64,000 nt of DNA from Utricularia gibba (taxonomy: Eukaryota; Plantae; Magnoliophyta), in assembly GCA_002189035.1 (NCBI GenBank), contig NEEC01000008.1, forward strand, positions 2,976,001 to 3,040,000. The letters are read 5' to 3'. This document shows positions 1 through 14,494 of the stretch, one piece after another (position 1 is the stretch's first letter; every line of letters starts with the position of its first letter). The translations under genes and the position numbers were made by a program. The notes under the pieces are model-generated. The model was not told the origin of the DNA, ran no database searches, and saw only the letters and a program-made list of their open reading frames with translations.

Positions 1-86
1 GTGAAATACCATGCCGAAAAGTGCTGAAAGATACCATAAAAAGGAATTACAAAACAGGCATGCTGTGGGACATGATTGCTAGATAC

Positions 87-1080
87 CTGTACAACAACAT
101 CCATTTTCGGCCTTGGACAATCACAGGTAGAGCAGAATAAAGGAAACCCCGAGTCTTCTCTGAGAGGAGCGCTGAAGGTTCAGAAATTTCAGGAAGATTT
201 TCAACCGGTCGACTCTCAAGCTCCTTCAATGTCTGCATTGCGATGCCCTCTTCCTCATTGATCTCGCAGACACCGTCGGAACTACTCTTGGAGTGTTGAT
301 GATGGAAACCGCCTACCTTAGCTGCTTGATGCCACACTTTTCCCAGTGCTCTCCTGCCCCTGGATAAGATATCTGACCTCTTCTTCGTCACTACTGCTTC
401 TAAAGATTTCATCAACTCATCATCACTCAGAACAATATCTTCCTTAGGTGCTTTCGTGTCAGGAGATGCCAAGAGGGAATAGAGGAATGCAGCAAAAGAA
501 GATGTATCAGGACCATCAACAGTGTCCTTTGCACTCTCATCAGTTTGGCTTTCTCCACATTCATCCTGATCATCATCCTATACAAAACATCTATGGACAC
601 AGTTATCACATGGATTCAAGACAAGAACCATTTCCAACGTATCCAACAACAGAGAAGAGATGAAATTAAAACCATTCACTACAAACACTTCCTGCTTCTC
701 GTTACTATACACAGACACTCTGGTTCGGGGTATTGATTGAGGAAGCATTAGCACGAATGATATAAGTGACAAGCAATTACGCCTAAGGCGAACAGAAGTA
801 CAGAAGAGTGGTAGAAAGAATAAAAGATCTCCATCGCTATCGCATCATAAGAATAAGAACACCCAACTGGGAGTCTAAGGAAAATGGAAACCAGATAACC
901 ATAAAAATAAAACGTTCTTCAGAAGAATTTCACCTGCGTAGGAACAGTGTGCGGTCGGTCCGACATGGGATTGAGTAGAGCGGTGGAAAGCCCGGATACA
1001 AATTGGACTGCTCTACTCTTCAAGGACTTGTGTTGCTGGACGGTCTCCGCCTTCAGTTCCCCCTGCCGCTTTGTCTCCAT
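87..1080 (-). CDS. TLDc-domain (oxidation resistance-like) protein, 5' part; gene continues off the left edge of the window
   Basis: Exon 1 (934..1080) reads METKRQGELKAETVQQHKSLKSRAVQFVSGLSTALLNPMSDRP. Exon 2 (87..577) reads DGPDTSSFAAFLYSLL...LPEISEPSALLSEKTRGFLYSALPVIVQGRKWMLLY. GT-AG borders are in phase, and the sequence matches the start of plant TLDc proteins. Confidence 0.85.
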
Positions 1081-1440
1081 TGCTGGTGCGTGATTACTAA
1101 GCTAAACGCTTCCGAAATGCAGCGGCGCATGACGGTATGTGCGATACACTCGGGAACATTTTTAGGTTTTCCGGCAATTTTACCCAACCAATTCCACTGT
1201 TTTCACAAACCAGGGAAGAAGGAACAGCCAACCGGTTACGAGGCAGCAATCAGCATGCCCGGTATAATAATTTATTTTCATTATTTAAAATATCTATTTA
1301 TTTTTATTTTATTTTATTTTATTTTTGTAGGTGCACCAAAATATCTAATGAGAAATTCTGGAAAATTTTATTATGAGGTCGTTTTTTCGCGGGAGGTTTT
1401 GGAAAATTTATAGCCTGTGAATTGGTTTAAATGACGTCGA

Positions 1441-1484
1441 AAACCCTAAAGCTGAACCCTGGGTTGCAATTGGTAAAACCCTAA
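1441..1484 (+). promoter_or_regulatory. Two telo-boxes (AAACCCTAA) upstream of the PRMT start codon
   Basis: Exact AAACCCTAA at 1441..1449 and 1476..1484. Telo-boxes are typical of plant translation and proliferation gene promoters; function here is inferred. Confidence 0.5.
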
Positions 1485-1518
1485 CGGCCAACTCCGAATT
1501 CCCCATATCTTCGGTACA

Positions 1519-3913
<2,395 letters not shown>

Positions 3914-4133
3914 GTTACCAGTTTTTGTTTGGAGCAGTGCCTTGGCATCTGTTGTGTGTGCTCGTATTATGTACTGTACCTTATGGATTTCCCGAATGAT
4001 AGTCATCTGACAATTTTAATTGGAGGGAAATTTTCCACCCATGACGGCATCTCTTTTCTCAATAAAAGATCAGTCCAAAATCGTCTAGTAAACCAGATAA
4101 GCCTAACTATGAAGATAATGGAGGCAAGGCAGT

Positions 4134-5856
4134 TTAGAGTTCACCAGGTTTCGTTGTCTTCTTCTCCTGGCCCTTGTTTTTCCAGTTTATGAACTTCTGT
4201 TTCAACCCGGATGAAACTCTACTTGCATGATGTATCAGTTTCTCAGTAGCCTCTGTTAAGATTCCTGGTACCTTCTCTTTCAACCCGGATGAAGCTCTAC
4301 TTGCATGATGCATCAATTTCTCAGTAACCTCTGTTAAGATTCTTGGCACCTTCTCTTTCCATTCGTACTGGTTATTTTTCCTTTTCACGTTCTCTTTCAG
4401 AACTTTTCCCTGCACAAAATTTATCTCCATGAGATGGAGGGGTAGAAACATGGTGTTTGCAGGCATTTTCGAAAAATGAGGCGAGTCCTCACCAGTTTAG
4501 GTGCTAAATCGTCATCATCCTCATCATCATCTTCTTCATCACCAAAATTCTGACGCATCAAGTCCTCTCGAGAGTACATCTTCATTCCAGGTGCTCCTGG
4601 TAATCCCTGGAAAGGAGTAGATGCAGAGATGGCTTATTATACCTTAAAAAAAACACACTAAGCATCACTGATACCACTTACCTCCATGGATTTCATTAGA
4701 TTTTCCATTTCAGCTTCTTTTGCAGATTTTGGGATAAAGGGCTCTCCTGGTATCCTATCCTAGTTTGCACATAAGTGGGATCAAGTACAAGATCAGGAGA
4801 GAATATGAATATCAAGCCAAGCTGTAGTGTACCTCGGGAACTGGTGGTGGTTTTGAAACGCATGCTTCAGTTAGGTCCTTGCAGATAAAATTCACCAAAG
4901 ACTCAATCTGAGGCTTCTTTTTGAATACATACTCAGCCACATCTGTATCAGAATAACCCATAACCTGGTGGAGACGAAATTATGAATCATCACAGTTTTG
5001 AGGTCTTCACACACCAGAATACTTTACTTACAAGAACCCAGAAAACAGGAATTTGATGGGAAAAAGGATCATGATTGGATGATCCGAGGAAACGTACACC
5101 AGACCGTATGTAGAAAAAAGCCATTCAAAACTCAACTCACCTTACTAAAATACCACCACAGAGCAAGCCCAATAACGGCAACAAGTACTCGCACGTGAAA
5201 GAAAATGAACACTGAAAAAGATACCCACCTCCTCGCAAGCTCGCTCGATCGTCTTGCACTCTGAATTGCACTGTCCTTCGGAGTCTTGCTCCTCAAGCTT
5301 GGCACAAGAATCCACGGAGTTGTCAGGTATACCAACCAACTTATGCACGCAAATGACAATATGGCGGGTTTTGCACAATTGATTTCAGACAGCATATGGA
5401 AAACATTTTAACATGTAGCTCTGGCAAACAATATATACACACATACCTTTAGTTCATCCCCCTGCTCTACAATGTCAATTTTAAGAATCCAATCAGCTTC
5501 CTTTTTCTTCAAATTACACAAATTCTCGGAAATCTGAATAATCACAAGCTCCGATATCTGTACCCACAAAGCATTGCTATCAACACCAACCAGCAAAGCA
5601 CCTTTTTGCAGACATTGCCCAAACAATATATAAAAACCACCTTTTTAGGAGCGATCTCTGCTTCCTTTGAGTGGACCTGTTTGTAGAGCTGCGCTGCCAA
5701 CTTCTCACAAACTTGGCATTTTATAAACGGGATATCTTCCTTTCTCGCCATTCCCGCTGGCTTCTTAGCGCAATCGGATACCGGAACCCAACAACACAGA
5801 AAAATCAACAACGGGAGCAAGCACAAAAAGATTGAGGCTTTATCGAACCCCGCCAT
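4134..5856 (-). CDS. SES1: ER saposin-like / Canopy-family chaperone (SENSITIVE TO SALT1-like)
   Basis: Signal peptide, then AKKP..RKEDIPFIKCQVCEKLA, NLCNLKKKEADWILKIDIVEQGD, CNSECKTIERACEE, GAPGMKMYSREDL and an acidic tract; ends KPGEL*. Exons: 5641..5856, 5447..5557, 5229..5297, 4833..4964, 4682..4759, 4493..4606, 4134..4409. Confidence 0.85.
4200..4359. repeat. 78-bp tandem duplication (2 copies) inside the last SES1 exon
   Basis: TTTCAACCCGGATGAA.CTCTACTTGCATGATG... begins at 4200 and again at 4278 (period 78 nt = 26 codons), with few mismatches. Confidence 0.95.
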
Positions 5857-5998
5857 AGAAATGGAGCTGATCCCGCCCGAACAATCAGCACGAACGCACA
5901 CCTCAAATGCAGCTGCGAAGGCAGACAAATAGCCGTTTTTTTAAAAGCCCTAACGTCGTCGTATTACATTTACGTGTTATACACCTCCCAATTGGTTC

Positions 5999-6021
5999 AT
6001 TGGTTCCACGTCAGCTCATCG
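5999..6021. promoter_or_regulatory. Unfolded-protein-response element-like cluster upstream of SES1
   Basis: ATTGGTTCCACGTCAGCTCATCG about 145 bp upstream of the SES1 ATG. It resembles plant pUPRE/ERSE-II (ATTGG-N-CCACGTCA) and contains TCATCG (UPRE-III core). Confidence 0.55.
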
Positions 6022-6667
6022 TTTTTTAAAATTTAAAAACGTTTTTAATTTTTAATATATTTTAAAATCTCAATTTTTTAATTTTTTATAAATATTTATC
6101 ACAAAAATACTTTTCGAAAAATTATAAAAAAATGCATCATAAATTAAGGTGTTGAATATATAGGAACAGTTCTTGATTGTGTAAGTACTTCATCTCAAGC
6201 AGATACAAACCAATTCCAAAAGCTCCTGATGATCAAGACTCTGGAATCATCAAGGTGCAGGGCACAGTTCTGGAGTATGATTTGTTTGTCTTGTATAGAT
6301 ATGGAATGGATAAAGAAGAGAACATGGGATAAGGTATCTTGTTGGATCCCTTTTTCTGGTGCATGGTTCAAACAGCCTACCCACCTTGACATATCTGATG
6401 GCATCTGTGGCTATCTATTCCTCTTCCTGTGTAAACTGAAACCCAAAAACATATTGGATGTGGTATCCATGTCCATTGCTCTCCACACTTGGGGAAATAA
6501 GACATTCAAGTATAAGCAAGAATTCGCAGACAAAATGCAGTAGAACAGAATCCAAGTTCATATTGGCTGATTACATGTTCTGAGTCTCTGATTAGTGTTT
6601 TCAGAGTCGGTCTGGAATGGGTGTGTTCATTAATGTTGAGTCACTTTGTTGTTGCCTGTCTCCCCCA

Positions 6668-8275
6668 TCAGCATCCTTGGTTTGTTTCCGACAACTCCTT
6701 TATGAAACTCAAAATAACAGAGGCTAACTCCTCTTGGTGGAAACTGTATCCATGGTCAGCCCCCTCGATGATTTTCAACCGATGATTCGGTATAAGTCTT
6801 GCGAATTCGGTTGCATCTTCTACTCGAATAATTTCATCTGCTGATCCATGAACAGTAAGTACCCTGAAAATAGTTCAACAGTCTTTAGCCCTCTGTGATG
6901 TAAAATGGTGAGACAGATGTTGATGAAGCATACCTGCAATCCTTGTCAATTGATAAGCATGCATCATGCATCTTAGTACTGAGTCGCTCCAGGAGACTCG
7001 CCTTCGTCACAAGATAATCTCCTGGGGTAACAGAAGGGAATCAAGTTTATTGAAACAACTATTATAAACTACAGGTGAGAATCAAGAAAGTTGACCTCCC
7101 CTTGATTCAACTTCAATATAGCCATCCCTCTCGATTCTTTCCATGTAATTGCCACCCAGTCGCTCTTCAATGCCTTGATTCAGATCATAGCGACCACTGA
7201 TGTTTATAACAGCGCCTACATCATGATACTTCGAGGCATAGAGGAGTACAACGTTGCCCCCTGTTACAGGTTAGAGCATGGGGATTGGTTACACTCAGAA
7301 GAGCTGAAAGCTCACACAAGAGCACAGAATTAAGATGACTCACAAAAGGAACGCTTAAAAGTTTTGGATCCAAACATACCTTTGCTGTGTCCTACAACTG
7401 CAACCATCTTTCGTTTTAATCCACTGAAGTATTCAATCACAGATCTCAAGTCTTCAACCTCACTGAAGTAGTTACCATACTGAAAAGAACCCTCACTTTC
7501 CCTGCAAAAGACACTAGCACATGAAATCAAAGAATATACCAGAAGAGGGCATCTTGGTTCACAGAGCATACCCATTTCCTGCAAAATCGAACCGGAAAGC
7601 ACTGATTCCTTCTTTCTCTAAAGCACAAGCAAGATTCACCATGTTCTTGCTCTCCTGGTAGTGGGAAAAAGTCCATAATTTCGCAATGATATTCTAATGC
7701 ATCTACTTGAGTCAAGGAAAATAACCAACCTTTGAGGATCTAAAACCATGGCACAAAACAACAACATTGGTCGACCCTGTCTCGTGCAATACTCCAGCCA
7801 GTTTTTTCCCAGACTCAGTCCTTATTGCCACCTTCTGCTGCATACCTGCTGTCACATCCAGAGACATTCAACACGAAATTGAAAGCTTTCAGAAGCTTTC
7901 AAGAACAGGTTTTGATCGAATTAGGTGTATTCCGCTGTAAAATATTGGAGTCGGGGTGGAACTACTGAAACACAATAATGACATTGTCCCGCAACCACAG
8001 CACAACCACGCAAACCCCCAAATCAGAAAATGGAGGAACTATAATCAAAAATCTCTCCGAAACAAAAAAAAAAAAAAAATCTTCCGCATTTCCCAACAGC
8101 ACAATTCCTGTATAATGACTTCAGAATCAGGAACTTCCTTTTTGCCTATACCTAGTTTTTGAGAAATCGAGAGATTTCTTCTGAATCTGGTTGCCGGAAA
8201 AACCCGGTGATTATCAGGACGAAAGCATGACCACAACAGATTCTTCTTCTCCAGCGCTCCCAAAGAAGAAACCAT
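6668..8275 (-). CDS. Alpha/beta-hydrolase (esterase/lipase/thioesterase family), probably with an organelle transit peptide
   Basis: LHETGSTNVVVLCHGFRSSK, FRFDFAGNGESEGSF, nucleophile motif GHSKGG, VLTVHGSADEII and IEGADH. Seven in-phase exons; the 5' exon 8152..8275 is less certain. Confidence 0.9.
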
Positions 8276-8760
8276 TCGGCACAAAAGAAAACGACACAGA
8301 AATTCAGAACGAATTCTTTTTCTTTTTCTTTTTCTTTTTTTTTTCTTTTTCTGATACAATAATCTACAGAAAATACCATCAATTTTTATAATATTATAAA
8401 ATTAAAATTAATAAAAAATTCCAGCTTTATATTTTTATCAATTTATTTTCCATTTTTCTTTCTTTTATATTGAAAAAAATAAAAAAGCATGCATAATATT
8501 CTCAGTTCTCACACGCTGCCCTAAATTTACTCTCCGTTTGACCCCCGACTTTTCTAGGGTATATAACTTTCCTGTGTGCCATGTGAACGAATTTGGCTTC
8601 CAAGTTCTAACGCGTCTCTACAGTTTGAAGCCCCATCGTCTCCATCTCGTCCTGGATTCAATCGGTACACACCTGATCACTGATTCTCCTGAATAAAGCG
8701 TGCAATCTGTTCTCTTGCGAGATTCGATTCTGCTCCATCTGATGCGCAGGGTCTCTGGAA

Positions 8761-10721
8761 ATGGACTCCATCTTCAGACTCGCCCCCGACGATCGGACGG
8801 CGGTCCTCCGCCGGATGATGCTGTCTTTGAGCTGCACGCACATTTGTGTTTGGTCCCATATGCCCCATCCATCTCAGTGAGTGTTTTATATGTTTGCATT
8901 GGAAATATTGTTATGCTGATGGTAGTGTACTGATGGCTGCTTTGGTAGTTGCTTGCTGTGTCTTGATGGCGTCTTCGGGGGAGTGGCGGATCCGCAGTCC
9001 TCGTCGGTGCCGGCGACCCTCGGCGCTCAGCTGTTCACCCTTTACAGGGAGTCCGTGCATTATTTTGACGGCGTGCCTGGACTCGCGTTCGAGAACAGTC
9101 TTCCTTACATGGAGCTCATGTCGCATGATTTCTCGAAGATGGTTTTGAACCTCGTACAGCAGCAGTTCTACCAAGTAAAACCCTAATTCTAGCAGTTTAG
9201 TCCTCGATCTTGCATTACGCTCACTCCTGTTTCCTTTTGCTTTTATTGCAGGAAGCTAGGGTTAAGGTTTGTATTGAACATTCTCCTTGTTAGAAAAAAC
9301 AATTCCTGCCATATAACAACTGAAAGTAAACTAGAAAGTTTATAATCAGAAGAATGAAGTAATCGTCGTCTCTGATAAGACACATTTTGACATGATTGAA
9401 CAGACCCTAGTATTCATGGCGTCTTCATTTGGGGAGATCGAGTTAGGGTTGCCATATGATCCTCTGGTACAACGTTTTTTTCTTACAACACCTGCTGTGC
9501 TTCTGAAATGCGTTGTTAAGACACTGGGTGATCTTGTAACTTTCAGGCGGACATGGAGACACGAATAAAAGGATTATTAGCTTCAATGTTCTCCGGGCAA
9601 ACCGGACAAGAAGATCCCTCATCTTCATCCTTACAATCTTCGACAATGGAGACCGCTGAGTTCCCTTACTTGCACAGCATTCCGACCTGGGCTGGCTTGG
9701 GTGTACGATCGGGAGACGAAACGAGCGGGGAGGATGCAGTGGCACGCATACGTCTTCCGAACAGGGAAATGGAGGATGATATAATGACGAAGGCGATCAT
9801 CGAAGTGTTGGGTTCCAGGGATACGGGTTCTCCTTCGTCTTCACGGCAGAGAAGCGGCGCATTCGGCAGGTATGAAAGGCGGCCGGTGCCCCCGATCGTG
9901 AGATCTCCACGGCAGAACATGATCAAGAGATCCTTTTCTCTGCTGAGAAAACTGAGCATGAGCAGGATGCAAGAAACACGAAACCCAATCACGCCATCGC
10001 ATCTGTATCACACCATGTCGGAAAGAAAGCGAAGGGAAAGGATGAATGAGAGCTTTCAGATCTTCAGATCCATGCTCCCGCCCGGATCAAAGGTGAGCGT
10101 ATACAAGAAAAAGAAACATTTGATTGCATAACAACGAGCGGGAACGATAATCCACTACTACTACTTTTACAGAAGGACAAAGCGTCAGTTCTCAGCGGCA
10201 TCACCAACTACCTCGTGGAACTGAAATCTCAAGTCGAGCAGCTCACGAAACGAAACCATGAACTAGAAACCCGGCTCATGGTTCAGCAACAAGGAGCCGG
10301 TGGAGAACTCCCACCGGAAGAAGATTCAACTGACGTGAGCGCCGACGTTGAAGTTTCTCTGGCGCAGGTCTCCCACTCGTCTTCAGAATCAAGAACGGTT
10401 GACTTGAGAGTGACCTTTATAGGAGAGAACCGCAACATCACGACCCCTCTGGCAAGAATATTAGAGCTGTTGGAAAGGTCAAAAAATCTGAGCTTAACGT
10501 CAGTGCAAACCAGCGCATGGACGGTGGCATCCGGCACGGTGCACAGGCTGTCACTGCGCCTGGAGATCGAGGTACAGTTGTCCGTACACTCCGTCCTCCA
10601 TGAGTTATTGATTTTTCTACAGTTAAATAAATGTAAAAAGGTGACGATTTGCTGACAGGGTGACGAATTTGACGAGTCGGGGCTCATGCAGGCGGTCACA
10701 CGAGTAGCTAAAGACAAATAG
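8761..10721 (+). CDS. bHLH transcription factor, bHLH041-like (MYC-N region, bHLH, ACT-like C-terminus)
   Basis: MDSIFRL...SLSCTHICVW, GVPGLAF, a 15-nt EARVK microexon, FMASSFGEIELG, basic helix HTMSERKRRERMNESFQIFRSMLPPGSKKDKASVL. Stop at 10721. Confidence 0.9.
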
Positions 10722-11764
10722 CCAATTGTTTATTCTTTGTCGGCTACATGTAATAGCCACCTCCAATAAACCTTTTGCACATTCCATATTTAAAATATAT
10801 TATTAGTATTCCATGAAACAAAAAAGAACACTCGAATACATAATATGGGCTTGTTATGTTTTATGAATTTTTTGAAATTATTCTAATTAATTTTTGAAAA
10901 TTCTAATTAGTATTGAATTTCCTGAATTTATGTTTTAGAAAGTAATTAAAAAATTATATTATTCACTTTTTATTTATTCTAAATATATATTTATAGTATA
11001 AAATTAAAATATATAATAATTAAAATATATTCAAATTTATAATATATATTTTATTTTATTAAATTTTATAATCTAATTTAATATTATCCTACAAAATAGT
11101 TTTATAATTTCAAATTGACTATATTCACATAATTTTAAAATGAATTATATTTTACATAATTTGAATCACAACTTAAAATTTCAAAACATATCCTATAAAT
11201 GAATGGAATGGATTAATCATTATTTAAAATTTTTTGATTGGATGAATTATCTAAAAGAGGGGGTATTATTTTTCTATCTCGATACTTAAATGAATAAAAA
11301 AAATAACCGAATTTTCAATGACATTTAGAAAGTCAGGATTATTTATTAGTTCCATAATCCTTGCTTTATTTTAATATGACAAAACGGTTTCTAAATAAAG
11401 TGTAAAGGTTCAAGATTGTACTTTAGGAATTTAATATGACTCCACCAGGTGAATATTCTTTGCCAAGAAATTTCAGTTTCAAGACATTCAAATAAGGCAT
11501 GGGAAAGTCATCGCCTCCTAGAAGAATGTGACATCTCTACCTTGACTTGCATGTCTAATATTAAATGTACACCACTTTCCAAGTAACCTGTTCCCATGGC
11601 CGGTGGTAGGGGCGGGTTAGCCCGACCCGAAAGGCACGGCTCAGGCATAGGCACCGGGGAGAGTTCCCATCTCACCGGAGGATTTCATTGCACCTTTTGA
11701 CACAGTGAGCTGTGGTTTCATAGGATGCACTGTAGACAAGAAGAATAAATATCTAGGATGATTT

Positions 11765-12545
11765 TCACTTCTTGTGATGTATCACGTTGATGAGAGCTTC
11801 CACTTCTTCCTTGGCTCTCTCCAATACATTAGGGGCTTTTACTGCTCTGATGGGTGTGTTTTCATCGAAATCACAACTCGTCCCATGCGTTTCTTTATGG
11901 TGAGGATGATGCGGGTTTCCATGGATAACATATTCTGCCAAGAAACTTCCCAATCAAAACGACACCTGATCAATGTGCTCACTTGCTAACTCATGTTAAA
12001 CCCAAACCTGGCAGCTTGTGCATCTTTGTGTCCTTGGACTTGACTGCAGGATCCCTGCAAACACTCCATTTGCTTTACTATGATGTTCGTTTTCATGACA
12101 TCATTCAGAGATCAACCTCCAATCCTTGAAATCAAACAGTAATAACTTTCAAAACAATTACCTCGAATCACCATGGGAAAGTGAGGAGGAATGCGGAGCA
12201 TGGTGCTCCTCCTCCTTAGAATGCATTGAGTGAACGATGGCTTCAACCTAATCCTTGACTCTATCGAATAAATTTGGGCCCTTTACATCAGTCGATTCAC
12301 TAATACCATCAGCGCGGCGGGTGTGAACCTGGAAAACTGTACCCAGCTTTTTTCTCGCTTTCTCCAGCGCATTCCCTGATCACCATTCACCAATTTCATC
12401 AACTGATTGCACATAATAATCAAGCTCAGAAAAAAGGATTTTGCACTTCACCGCCTCCAGACAGATAGCATTGCAAACCTAGGATCAAAAGAATTGCGAG
12501 CGAGCACCAATTGAACCATGGTTATTTATTACCTGAATCAGCCAT
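11765..12545 (-). pseudogene. Uncharacterised plant VKAPN/HKETHG-repeat protein gene with an in-frame stop
   Basis: In-phase exons 12533..12545, 12162..12375, 12008..12054 and 11765..11934 give MADSGNALEKARKKL...DVKGPNLFDRVKD*VEAIVH...HHKETHGTSCDFDENTPIRAVKAPNVLERAKEEVEALINVIHHKK*. The TAG is at 12248..12250. Confidence 0.65.
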
Positions 12546-14494
12546 TGGATGGTTGCTTGATAGCCTTTCACATCTCCAATTCGGCTGCGATTGCAGAGAA
12601 ATCAAAGTGCAAAAAGTTCAATCGCTTTGATTTCCCTTCCTCCAACAAGTGCTGTAGCCCGTATCGGATTTGACCAAGATTTTATAAAATTAAATTTAAA
12701 AAATCCAAGAAGTACGGAGAAATCATCAAATTGATCCCCAATTTTTAGTAAGGTATTTTATTTAATCCCTCTTTTTGCTATGAAATCAATTGAATATTTT
12801 TTATTTTATTGTTGTATTACTTCAGTACTCTCCATTACAAATTCGTTAATTTTAACAAATTGATCTGTCCCACTCTAATAAATCCAACTTAAGAAACATT
12901 ATTTGTTCTAGAGTTCTTAATGTAATTGAAGTTGCCCCCAAATTAATGAACTCTAGTAAAAAAAAATAACAAATATCAAACGGTCAATCATGATGCGGTG
13001 CGGCATTCAGATCAAAAGCGACAACGAATGCTCACCAGTGTTGCTATCAGAGGTGTCCGTTGCGTTTCCCAATCTCTATTGACGCAATCGTATAAGAGAT
13101 GAATATCGTAAAACAAAATTTAATAATTTTCAAGAAGGGTTTTAAATTGATACCACTCTAAAAATAGGTACAAAATTGACTCGACATGTAAACCACTATG
13201 GATTAAATTGGATTAGTGGCCAGGCCAGGACAATTTTGTAGTTTTTTAATATAATATCATATATTCACACCTGGGCCTCCACCTAGCCCAATAGCTAGGT
13301 TTCTTTTAGCCCAGCAACCCGGTGAATATTCCTTTTATTTCTACATTTTCCGTACAGGCTGCTAGTATTTGCAATGAATTACGGTTCTACCCTTGCAGAG
13401 AGTATAGAACATCCCTTCATGACGCCCGTACGACGGGGCGCATCCGTCATTAACTCATGGCGGGCGTTTGTTTATTTAAAGTCATCAAATATTATCATCA
13501 AACGCGTCTAAATCTCAATGTGAAGTCGCGGTTATGAATTATTTTAGTCAAAATAAAATTCCACAAATACGCACTAAATAAAAAAAATTAAAAAAAGAAA
13601 TAAATTATAGCCCTAGAAAAAATAGAATCATTATTTGCTGCGTGTCAGTTACCTCTTTGACTAATTTTTTAAATAGAGAATTATCGTTAATCAAAATAAT
13701 TTATTTAAATTAAGTTCTAATAAATTTAGCTTTAAACATGGTATTTCTAAAATATATAATAATATGAAAATTAAGCTTTCTTTGTGACTGCTGGGGGGAG
13801 CATTCTTGGTGATTAATGGTCCTAACTATAGCGAATGAGACGCAATGAATTCCTCTCATGCGCGGGTGTCTTCTGCTTCTGGTCTCTGGTGCAGGAAGAA
13901 AAGACCAGAAACAGCGTGATTGGGTGTTCTTTGACCACTATTTTCCTCTATTACCGTACATTTCCTGACTGTGGTATAAATCGTTCAAGGGGCGACCAGG
14001 AAGAAAGCAGAGGAGTTCGTTCAAACAATCAACCTTTGAAAGTTTGAACGCACGGATCTTTCAATTTTGCTGTCTGAAGTCTCTGAATCGGAACGGTAAA
14101 CTCCCGGTTTTTCTTCGTACCTCCGTTTTCAACAGAGCAAGGGTACGTGCAGGCGCATAAATGTCATCAGTGTATCACTCTACAAAAAAACTTGGACTAA
14201 CGCGTTACCCACGTCTGCGTAATTTTCCATGTTTTGAAGAACCCTAGTTCGTTTTTTTTTTTGTTTTTTTTTATAAAGAATGCACCCAGTTTGTCTTTTA
14301 TAAATTCTTTCACTCAGTGGCTTGAAATCTCAGGACTTTGTATCACATAGTGTCGCCAAAGCTTTTGCGTAGCCTGTGTTTTCGTCATTCTGTGTGTAGA
14401 AGGTTGTGTGTGTTATCTTGGAGCAGTATTGTTTACGACATCGTTTCTTGGGATCCTGCAGGAAAATCCTTGGTGATGAAGGTGTGAAGGGTAT

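Noticed and set aside
1003-1413. 136-aa plus-strand ORF
   Set aside because: It is antisense to TLDc exon 1 and runs into AT-rich promoter DNA; no recognisable motif.
6229-6543. 104-aa ORF between SES1 and the hydrolase
   Set aside because: Non-ATG start, no family motif, and it lies just downstream of the hydrolase stop; cannot be supported as a gene or a LINE relic.
13420-13449. Inverted TGACG...CGTCA with an internal mini-hairpin upstream of IQM
   Set aside because: Orientation and spacing do not match a canonical as-1 element, and the stems are short enough to be chance.
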